Assembly: GCA_031416315.1 (NCBI GenBank)
Contig: JANOTL010000109.1
Coordinates: 64,001 to 128,000, forward strand
Length of the DNA: 64,000 bases
From: Pseudomonadota bacterium
Lineage (GTDB): Bacteria; Bdellovibrionota_B; Oligoflexia; Oligoflexales; CAIYRB01
Reading direction: 5' to 3'
Below are positions 37,764 to 45,266 of this stretch, in pieces; position 1 is the first letter of the stretch; each line of letters opens with the position of its first letter. A program made the translations under genes and the position numbers. The notes beneath the pieces were generated by a model. It made no database searches. It was not told the origin of the DNA and saw only the letters and a list, made by a program, of their open reading frames with translations.

Positions 37764-38864
37764 ATGGCATCGAAAAGCCGCATGCTTTTGAACGCAGCGC
37801 TCTGCGCCGGACTCGTGTCCTTGGCCGCGTGGGCGCCGAGCTGTTCCGATAGCCCTGAGATCACGGCGGGCGGCGGCGGCGGCATCGGGGGTTTGGCGAA
37901 GAAGAAGTCGGACGACGATGACGACGACGACAGCAGCAGCAAGAGTGGCAACAAGAACAAAAAGACCACCAAGTCGACTGGCGAGGACCCCGGCGACCTG
38001 GCCGACGACGAGACGCTTTCCGCCGAGGCCCTCGGCGCCTTGAGCGAGGACGACCTCGAGTCCAAGGACATCGCGCAGCCCGACGCGGGCGCACCCGCCG
38101 CGGAGCCGGCCGCGCCGCCGCCGCCGCCGATCAAGTATCCGACTTTCGACTTCAACGGCAAGGGCGCTTGCACGTGCAAGGGCAAGGTGCACACGACCTT
38201 CGCCAAGATTGCCTCAGCGATCAACGCCGACTCGCTCAGCATCGACATGTACTTCGCCGACATGCAGCTCTCCGGCAAGGCCAAGGGCCAGGACAAGGCC
38301 AGCGCCAAGATCAAGGAGAGCACCGGCGTCACGACCTACACGCGCCTGCCAGTGGCGCAGCTCAAACCGCTGAAAGAAGCCGGCTTCGAGTACGTCGGCT
38401 ACGCGGTCTTCGCGACCCAGGTGGTGAAGTCCCGCCAAGGCCAGACCTTCATTTTCGACAAGCCCCTGCCGGTCTTTCCGTGGCCGTCTCTCCCGTCGAA
38501 GTACGCTGCCCTTCAAGCTGCCGGAAACTCCAAGTCCTGGACGGCGAACGTCAACCAGGTCGGCGTGCGTCAGTTTCCGGTGACCGTCACCTTTACCTTG
38601 CTCGAGGCGGCCGACACGCGCGTCGTCGTCAAGCTGACGGTCGACATCCCGGATACGACCTACGCCATCTACGAGGACTTCCCGATGGCTCGCGAGTCGA
38701 TCTATACGATCAACCCGAAGGCGCAGATGATCACCCGCATCGACAACACGAGCCTCTTCTTGGGCAACGAGTGCGACAACCGCCAGGAATCGGTGAAAAT
38801 GGCCTACCTGGTCTGCAAGCGGAACACCGAAGGCGCGATCGACGACTTCCCCTGCGCGCAGTGA
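37764..38864 (+). CDS. Hypothetical secreted protein/lipoprotein with low-complexity linker
   Basis: Signal-like N-terminus ending APSC; poly-G, poly-D and Pro-rich linker; Cys-containing C-terminal domain. Confidence 0.8.
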   Translation: MASKSRMLLNAALCAGLVSLAAWAPSCSDSPEITAGGGGGIGGLAKKKSDDDDDDDSSSKSGNKNKKTTKSTGEDPGDLADDETLSAEALGALSEDDLESKDIAQPDAGAPAAEPAAPPPPPIKYPTFDFNGKGACTCKGKVHTTFAKIASAINADSLSIDMYFADMQLSGKAKGQDKASAKIKESTGVTTYTRLPVAQLKPLKEAGFEYVGYAVFATQVVKSRQGQTFIFDKPLPVFPWPSLPSKYAALQAAGNSKSWTANVNQVGVRQFPVTVTFTLLEAADTRVVVKLTVDIPDTTYAIYEDFPMARESIYTINPKAQMITRIDNTSLFLGNECDNRQESVKMAYLVCKRNTEGAIDDFPCAQ

Positions 38865-38902
38865 GCCGCCGCGCTTCGTGAGCGCTGAGGACGCATCCCG
38901 GC

Positions 38903-38908
38903 TATAAT
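38903..38908 (+). promoter_or_regulatory. Consensus -10 box; probable leaderless MBOAT transcript
   Basis: TATAAT lies 6 nt before GTG 38915 and there is no SD. Confidence 0.5.
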
Positions 38909-38914
38909 CGCCGG

Positions 38915-40300
38915 GTGCAGTTCCACACGTTCACCTTCGTCTACTTCTTCCTGATCACGTTCGCGCTCTACCTGAAGTTGGCGCACCGGGCTCAGAATCT
39001 CGTGCTTTTAGCCGCGAGCTGGGTGTTCTATGGCGCTTGGGACGGCCGCTTTCTAGCGCTTCTCATCGCGTCCTCGACCCTGGACTGGGGCTGCGCCTTG
39101 GGCATCGACCGGCCAGGCGCGAGCCCGCGGCGAAAGAAGCTCCTGCTAACGTTGAGCCTCGGGCTCAACCTCTCCGTCCTGGCCGTCTTCAAGTACCTGG
39201 CCACGCGCGAGAACCTGGGCTGGGTCCTGCCGGTCGGCGTCTCCTTCTACACCTTTCAGATCATGGGCTACGTGATCGACGTCTACCGAGGCCGCATCAA
39301 GGCGGAGCGCGACTGGCTCGACTACCAGCTCTTCGTCGCCTTCTTCCCGCAGCTCGTCGCCGGGCCCATCGAGCGGGCGAAGAATCTGCTGACCCAGGTG
39401 AAGCTGCCGCGGCAAGTCACCTGGCAGGGGCTCAGCGAAGGCAGCTGGCTCCTCCTCCTCGGCTTCTTCAAGAAGGTCGTGGTCGCCGACAACCTCGCGC
39501 CTTACGTCTTTAAGCTGAAGCCGGCGCTCCCGATTCTCTCCGGGGGCGAGGCGGCGCTCTACTATTACACGATCGTCTGGTACGTTTACGCCGACTTTTC
39601 CGGCTATAGCGACATCGCGCGCGGCGCCGGCAAGCTGATGGGCTTCGAGCTGATGGCGAACTTCCGCATGCCCTTCTTCGCGAAGAATCCGGCGGATTTT
39701 TGGCGGCGCTGGAACATCAGCCTTTCCGACTGGTTTCGCGACTACGTGTTCACGCCGATGTCGCGGATGCTGGGCAAGCCGCTGGCGCGAAACCGCTACT
39801 ACCTCGCCTTTTGCGCCTTCGCGACGCTGACTCTGTGCGGGCTCTGGCACGGCGCGGCCTGGAACTTCGTCCTCTTCGGGGCGATGCACGGCCTCATCCT
39901 CGTCGGCTACTACATGGTGCGCCCCTTTCTCCGCCGCATGGGCTGGAACCGCGTGACGGCGACGCGACTCGGCGCGCTCGTGTCCGGATTCATCGCCTTC
40001 CACTTCTACGCGACGCCTACGCTCCTTTTCTTCGTCTCGACGCCGCGCGACGCCTTGGCGATCGTCGAGATGGCGATCCGCAACGCCTGGACGAGCGACG
40101 CGCTCATGCTCTTTGCGATGATGGGTCTCGTCGGTCTGCCCATGCTCGCGATCGACTGGTGGCAAAACGAGAAAGACGACCTGATGATCATCAAAACGCT
40201 GCCGGTCTGGGGCCGCACGACGATCTACGTGCTCTTGTTCGCAATGATCGTGCTTTGTGGTGAAACGGGGACGCATGCCTTCGTCTACTTTCAATTCTAG
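38915..40300 (+). CDS. MBOAT family O-acyltransferase (AlgI/DltB-like)
   Basis: LPVGVSFYTFQ; FFPQLVAGPIER; KKVVVADN; DFSGYSDIA; FWRRWNISLS.WFRDY; GLWHGA; FVYFQF end. Confidence 0.95.
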   Translation: MQFHTFTFVYFFLITFALYLKLAHRAQNLVLLAASWVFYGAWDGRFLALLIASSTLDWGCALGIDRPGASPRRKKLLLTLSLGLNLSVLAVFKYLATRENLGWVLPVGVSFYTFQIMGYVIDVYRGRIKAERDWLDYQLFVAFFPQLVAGPIERAKNLLTQVKLPRQVTWQGLSEGSWLLLLGFFKKVVVADNLAPYVFKLKPALPILSGGEAALYYYTIVWYVYADFSGYSDIARGAGKLMGFELMANFRMPFFAKNPADFWRRWNISLSDWFRDYVFTPMSRMLGKPLARNRYYLAFCAFATLTLCGLWHGAAWNFVLFGAMHGLILVGYYMVRPFLRRMGWNRVTATRLGALVSGFIAFHFYATPTLLFFVSTPRDALAIVEMAIRNAWTSDALMLFAMMGLVGLPMLAIDWWQNEKDDLMIIKTLPVWGRTTIYVLLFAMIVLCGETGTHAFVYFQF

Positions 40301-41234
40301 GCGCGCCCTCGGCGTCCTCGGCCTGATGCTGGCGACGCTCGTCCTGGGCAACGTCGTCCTCTTCCGCGTTTTTCACGAGGACAACTTCCTCACGATGGCG
40401 GCGCGCAACATCGGACCCGACCGAAGCCTGGTCTTTTTCGGCTCCTCGCGCCTGCTCTACGGCATCGATCCCGCACAGTACCCGTGGCCCAACGTATCGA
40501 TCGCTGCGAACTATATGGACCTGATGAGCGCGCACGAGCTCTATGAGGTGCATGCCGACCGGCTCGGCGGCATGAAGCTCGCCGTGATCGAGCTCGACGT
40601 CGCGACGCTGACGTACGACACGGCAGCGATGAACCCGTACGGCCTCCTAGACCTAGGGCAGCGCAAGGTCGCGCCGCTCGGGGCATGGGTCCGGCACTTC
40701 GACGCCTCGCTGCACCGCGTCCTCGCGCCGATCTTCAACTGGCGGCTGACACCGAGCTTCGTCGAGAGCCACCGGGGGCGGACCATCGCCGAGAAGGAGC
40801 CGCTCGACGCCGCCCCGGGCTTCATCCCCTCCACCGTGACCATGGCTTACCCGGAGTTTCACGCCGAGTCCGACGTCCAGACGACCAAGGAGGAGATGGC
40901 GGCGGCGGGGGAGGCGGTGCAGCGGCGGAATCTCGACGCGGCCGTCGCCTTGGTCACGGGGCTCAGGGCGCGCGGGGTGCGGGTCATATTACTGCGCTTC
41001 CCCTTGGAGCCGGCGCTGCGCAAGCTCTACCCGCCCGAATGGCACGAGCTGGTGCGGGGCAGGCTCTTGGAGCTCGGCCGCCGCGTCGGCGGCGCTGAGC
41101 CCGACTTCTGGGACTACTCGGGCGACGAGGCCTTCCTCCCCGAGGAATTCCGGGACTCCGACCACTTGAACAAGCGCGGCGCCGCCCGCCTCGCCGCGGT
41201 ACTCACACCGCGGCTCCAAGCCCTGTTAAAATGA
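40275..41234 (+). CDS. MBOAT-associated SGNH/DltD-like periplasmic protein
   Basis: N-terminal TM; FGSSR; C-terminal FRDSDHLNKRGA (DxxH). Confidence 0.75.
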   Translation: MPSSTFNSRRALGVLGLMLATLVLGNVVLFRVFHEDNFLTMAARNIGPDRSLVFFGSSRLLYGIDPAQYPWPNVSIAANYMDLMSAHELYEVHADRLGGMKLAVIELDVATLTYDTAAMNPYGLLDLGQRKVAPLGAWVRHFDASLHRVLAPIFNWRLTPSFVESHRGRTIAEKEPLDAAPGFIPSTVTMAYPEFHAESDVQTTKEEMAAAGEAVQRRNLDAAVALVTGLRARGVRVILLRFPLEPALRKLYPPEWHELVRGRLLELGRRVGGAEPDFWDYSGDEAFLPEEFRDSDHLNKRGAARLAAVLTPRLQALLK

Positions 41235-41274
41235 ACGGACTCCCGTCGTCAACGCCCCGGTCCGAGGTCAGTGG

Positions 41275-42534
41275 ATGAGCGCCCCCTCCGCCCTATCGCA
41301 AGGCTTTCTCGCTTTCGCCATGCGTTACGCGGGGCGCAGCCTCTGGCGCAACAAGCGCCGCACCGTGCTCACGATCGGCACGGTGACGCTCTCCAGCTTC
41401 GTTTCGCTGGTGGCGACGCGTTATTCGACCGCAGTCTTGAAGATTTGGCAGGACGGCGCCATCGACCACGGCGCCGGTCACGCCCAGTTTCACCAGAAAG
41501 ACTACTTCGACAGCCCCGACATCATCTCGGAGAAGATCACGTTCGCCGAGAACGACCCCGTCCACGCCGCGCTCGCTTTGGACCCGGCCGTCGAGGCCGT
41601 GAGCCGGCGTCTCGTGTTCGAGGGCATCATCTCTTCCGAGCGCAAGACGGTGTACTTCATCGGCCGCGCCATCGAGGCCGAAAGCGAGCTCAAGGTCTCG
41701 CCCGGGATCTTCCATCCGAAGGAGGACGAGGGCAGCTTCGTCACCTCCAGCATCGCGAACGGCGTCGTGCTCGGGCGCGGTCTGGCCGAGACCTTGGAGC
41801 TCAAGGTCGGCGACGACGCGGTGCTGAAGACCAGCACGCTCTCGGGCGCGGTCAACGGCGTCGACGTGAAGGTGATCGGCATCGTCAACCCGCCGTTACC
41901 AGCCTTGTCGAAGCGCCTCGTCTACATGCCGCTCGAGCAGGGGCAGAAGTCGATCAAGATCCCGGGCCGGATCACCGAGCTCGTCGTGCGTCTTAAGCCC
42001 GGATCCGACGCGGAAAAGTGGGTCGCGAGCTGGGAAGGGAAGGCGCCCCTCCTGGACCTCCGCGGCTGGTGGAAGATCGACCCGATGATCCGCGAGGTCG
42101 AGCGCATCTGGGATTCGGTCGTCGGCGTGATCTCGGTCCTCCTCTTCGTCGCGGCCGGCATCTCGGTCCTCAACATCGTCTTCATGCTGGTGATGGAGCG
42201 CACGGTCGAGATCGGCACGCTCATGGCGATCGGCGCTCGTCCTCGCGACATCCGCACGCTCTTTACGCTGGAAGCGGCGCTCATCGGCGCGATCGGGGGC
42301 GTCCTCGGCGCCGTGCTGGGGAACATCGCGCTGGTGGCGATGGACATCAGCGGCGTACCCTTCGACTCTCCGTTCAGCAGCGGGCGCATCTTCGTCCACC
42401 CGAAGGTGAGCCTTCTGGTCAGCGTCCTGGTCTTCTTCGCCGCCGTTTTGATCTGCTACGTGTCGGCCTTGGCGCCCTCGCGCAAGGCCTCGCACGTGGA
42501 GCCGGTCGTCGCTTTCAAGGGGCAAGTCACATGA
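41275..42534 (+). CDS. FtsX/LolC-E/MacB-like ABC transporter permease
   Basis: RSLWRNKRRTVLT; LKVGD; ERTVEIGTLMAIGA; EAALIG; PSRKAS.VEPV. Confidence 0.9.
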   Translation: MSAPSALSQGFLAFAMRYAGRSLWRNKRRTVLTIGTVTLSSFVSLVATRYSTAVLKIWQDGAIDHGAGHAQFHQKDYFDSPDIISEKITFAENDPVHAALALDPAVEAVSRRLVFEGIISSERKTVYFIGRAIEAESELKVSPGIFHPKEDEGSFVTSSIANGVVLGRGLAETLELKVGDDAVLKTSTLSGAVNGVDVKVIGIVNPPLPALSKRLVYMPLEQGQKSIKIPGRITELVVRLKPGSDAEKWVASWEGKAPLLDLRGWWKIDPMIREVERIWDSVVGVISVLLFVAAGISVLNIVFMLVMERTVEIGTLMAIGARPRDIRTLFTLEAALIGAIGGVLGAVLGNIALVAMDISGVPFDSPFSSGRIFVHPKVSLLVSVLVFFAAVLICYVSALAPSRKASHVEPVVAFKGQVT

Positions 42535-43289
42535 TGCGGTCCGTCGTTCTCGGTTTGGCACTGACCTTCGCGCCCGCGGCCCTGGCCGCAGGCGGCAAAT
42601 GGACGAAAGAAGAGGCGAAAAAAGTCCTGAAGACGGCGGAGGAGATCCGCTCGCTCGACAAAGCCGAGATCGCGGTCGACCTGCAGACGGTGCAGGATAA
42701 ACGGGAAACCGTTTATGACCTGAAGATCGTCCGCTCGTCCGAGCGGCGCGCCTACATCGACTTCCTCGGGCCTAAGGAGGAAAGGGGCCGGAAGATGCTC
42801 GCGAAGGGCATGAGCTACTGGTCCACCTTCCCCGACTCGAAGCGCGTCGTCGCGATCTCGCGGCGCGAGATGATCGGCAACAGCGCCTTCGCGCTCGCCG
42901 ACATCTTCCAGATGGACGCCGACGAGGACTACGACCCGACGATCACGGGCGAGGAAGAGGTCGACGACGGGGCCGGGAAGAAGGTGAAGACCCTGAAGCT
43001 CGACATGAAGGGGAAGCACGACGACGCGCCCTATGCGCGGATCGAGTACTGGGTGGAGAGCACGGGGTTTTTCCCGGTGCGCGCCCGGTTTTACGGCTCG
43101 TCCGGGAAGCATCTGAAGACGATGACGGTCGAGACGCGCAAGGACATCGCGGGGCGGGACCGGCCGGAGATCACCAAGATGGTGGACGAGGTGACGAAGG
43201 GTCACGTCTCGTGGTGGAAGACGAAGTCGATGGTGGCGGCGGAGCCGCCGGATGCGATGTTCTCGAAGGATTATTTGAAGGGGCGGTAG
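42531..43289 (+). CDS. Outer-membrane lipoprotein-sorting (LolA-like) protein
   Basis: Signal peptide; F..PKEERGRKML; APYARIEYWV; FY..SGK.LKT; MFSKDYL. Confidence 0.82.
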   Translation: MMRSVVLGLALTFAPAALAAGGKWTKEEAKKVLKTAEEIRSLDKAEIAVDLQTVQDKRETVYDLKIVRSSERRAYIDFLGPKEERGRKMLAKGMSYWSTFPDSKRVVAISRREMIGNSAFALADIFQMDADEDYDPTITGEEEVDDGAGKKVKTLKLDMKGKHDDAPYARIEYWVESTGFFPVRARFYGSSGKHLKTMTVETRKDIAGRDRPEITKMVDEVTKGHVSWWKTKSMVAAEPPDAMFSKDYLKGR

Positions 43290-43355
43290 CGGGAGCCGGG
43301 ATTTGCGGGGCGATTGCGACGCGTCTTTTGGCTAAAGGAGCCAGGCCAACCAACC

Positions 43356-44219
43356 TCAACGCGACTTCTTGCCCGCACCAGCCGACCCCGACCCCGACCC
43401 ACTTCCTGCTCCTGCCGCACTCGCCACCGGCTTCATCTTCAGCCGCACCACGATCCTCCGATTCATCGCCTGATTGCTCAAGATCGCAAACCCACGATCG
43501 TCCCGGTCCGGCACCAAGGGCTGAAAGTGCGCCAACCCCGCCGCCCGCATCCGGTGCGGGTCGATCCCCATCTTCGCCAAGACGCGCACGACGCTCGTCG
43601 CACGCTCCGACGACAGCTCCCAGTTGTCGAAGAACTTGGAGTTCTTGATCGGGTCGGAGTCGGTGTGGCCCTCGACCTCGAGCAGCGCGTCGCCCGGCAT
43701 CGTCTGCAGCTGCCGTGCGACCGCCTCGATCGCCGCCATGCCGTCGGCGGTAAGCTTAGCCAGACCGGGGACGAACATGTTGCTCGTGAGCATGACGATC
43801 TCGATCGTGTTCGGCTCGGTCTGGCCGAGGGCGAAGACGGCATCCAGATTCAGGGACGAGGTCGGGTCCTGCGGCGTCGGGGCGCGGTTCTCGTCGGCAT
43901 CGAGCGCGGCTTTGTCGGCCGTCGTGTTCGAGCCGACTAGCATCTTCAGCCGCGCCAGCACCTTCTGCGGCTCGTCGTACTTGCCGGTCGACTTCTCGAC
44001 CTGAAAGAAGAGGATGAAAAAGCACATGAGCAAGGTGACCATGTCGGCATAGCTGAGGAGCCAGGGCTCGCCGCCCTCTTCTTCCTCGTGATGTCCGCCG
44101 GCATGATGGTGACCGCCGCCGTGACCCTTCGCATGCGCGGCGTCATGACCGTCTTCGGCCTCGCCATCGAAGCTCATGCCCTTGGCGCTCAGCTTCTGGG
44201 CGTGGCCGTCACGCTGCAT
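43356..44219 (-). CDS. motB: MotB-family stator subunit with OmpA-like peptidoglycan-binding domain
   Basis: WLLSYADMVTLLMCFFILFF TM with the conserved Asp; VEGHTD; NWELSSERA; NRRI; His-rich N-terminus. Confidence 0.93.
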   Translation of the reverse strand: MQRDGHAQKLSAKGMSFDGEAEDGHDAAHAKGHGGGHHHAGGHHEEEEGGEPWLLSYADMVTLLMCFFILFFQVEKSTGKYDEPQKVLARLKMLVGSNTTADKAALDADENRAPTPQDPTSSLNLDAVFALGQTEPNTIEIVMLTSNMFVPGLAKLTADGMAAIEAVARQLQTMPGDALLEVEGHTDSDPIKNSKFFDNWELSSERATSVVRVLAKMGIDPHRMRAAGLAHFQPLVPDRDDRGFAILSNQAMNRRIVVRLKMKPVASAAGAGSGSGSGSAGAGKKSR

Positions 44220-45033
44220 TGCCCTTCACCTCGCCGCCGCCGCCGCCGGCTCCGCCGGCTCCGCCGGTGACCTTGCCGCGCGCGCTCGGCGGAATGTGAC
44301 TCAAGAGCATCTCGCGCACCAGGATTCCTGGCGTCTTGCGCTTGATCAGGAGGATGCCCTCGACGATCATGAGGCGCTTTGCGGCCGTCTTCTGCGTGCG
44401 GAACATCAGGTTGTCGGCTACGGGCAGGATGAGGACGTTGGCGGTGATGACGCCGTAGAGCGTCGCCGCGAGGGCGACCGACATCGCGGGGCCGATCTTC
44501 TCGCCGGCGCCTTCCTGGCCGAGCGTCGACAAGAGCGCGATCATGCCCATGACCGTGCCCATGAGGCCGGCGGCGGGCGGGTACTTGCCCAGGTTCTTGA
44601 ACATTTTCATCTGATTGCCTTCGCGCTCTTTCTGCACTTCGATGCGGCGGCGAAGGATCGTCTCGATGGCGTCGGCCTCGAAGCCGCCGACGAGGAGGTC
44701 TATGGCGTCCTTTAGAAAGAGGTCGGTGACCTTGCTCTTGAAGGCGGTGAGGCCTTGCATGTCGATCCGGGCCTGCTCGGCCATCTGCACGAGCTGCTCG
44801 ACGATCTCTACGGAGTCGTCCTTCATCTTTTTCGTGATGACCCGGACCATCGGGAAGAAGGACTTCAGCTCGGTCGAGGGCACGGAGATGATGGCGATCG
44901 CGGCGGTGCCGATGAAGACGCAGAAGCCCCCGTGCGCGTCGAGAAAGCGCATCGGCTTGTCGGGGTCCGTCCAGACCGCCATGCCGACCATGAAAATAAG
45001 GGCTATGATGAACCCTATGCCGTTTGAGCTCAT
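44209..45033 (-). CDS. motA: MotA-family stator subunit
   Basis: FIGT; AEQAR; FLKDAIDLLVGG; YPPAAGLMGTVMGMI; IGPAMSVALAATLYG; P.A; EGILLI. Confidence 0.93.
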   Translation of the reverse strand: MSSNGIGFIIALIFMVGMAVWTDPDKPMRFLDAHGGFCVFIGTAAIAIISVPSTELKSFFPMVRVITKKMKDDSVEIVEQLVQMAEQARIDMQGLTAFKSKVTDLFLKDAIDLLVGGFEADAIETILRRRIEVQKEREGNQMKMFKNLGKYPPAAGLMGTVMGMIALLSTLGQEGAGEKIGPAMSVALAATLYGVITANVLILPVADNLMFRTQKTAAKRLMIVEGILLIKRKTPGILVREMLLSHIPPSARGKVTGGAGGAGGGGGEVKGNAA

Positions 45034-45254
45034 TTACGTTCGTCTTCGTCTTTGGGTTTCGGGAGCGCGCGCGCGGCGGCTTTGAGGGCGCCGCCGAGGC
45101 CGCCTAGGCCGAAGGCCTCCTTGCCGTCGCTCAGGAGATCGAGGCGGAGCTTGCAGGTCTCGACGAAGCGCAGGAACTCGCGCCGAACCTCCTGCTCGAG
45201 GCTCGCTTTGAGCTCCTCGGCCTGCTTCACGAAATTGGGGGGGCTCTGGTTCAT
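45030..45254 (-). CDS. Small hypothetical protein coupled to motA
   Basis: 74 aa; stop overlaps the motA start; fills the gap between the rotor-like gene and motA. Confidence 0.6.
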   Translation of the reverse strand: MNQSPPNFVKQAEELKASLEQEVRREFLRFVETCKLRLDLLSDGKEAFGLGGLGGALKAAARALPKPKDEDERK

Positions 45255-45266
45255 GCGGTGCTCGGG

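Noticed and set aside
36839..37931. GAC trinucleotide runs as contingency loci
   Set aside because: In-frame poly-Asp coding tracts; slippage would not shift the frame.
43356..45033. MotAB as Zorya (ZorAB) defence system
   Set aside because: MotA is 274 aa with no long ZorA tail; no ZorC/D/E nuclease or helicase is present; a FliG-like partner is adjacent.
43356..45033. ExbBD/TolQR/AglRQS-type motor
   Set aside because: The B subunit has the MotB WxxxYAD TM and an OmpA-like peptidoglycan-binding domain, which ExbD/TolR lack; no TonB-like gene.
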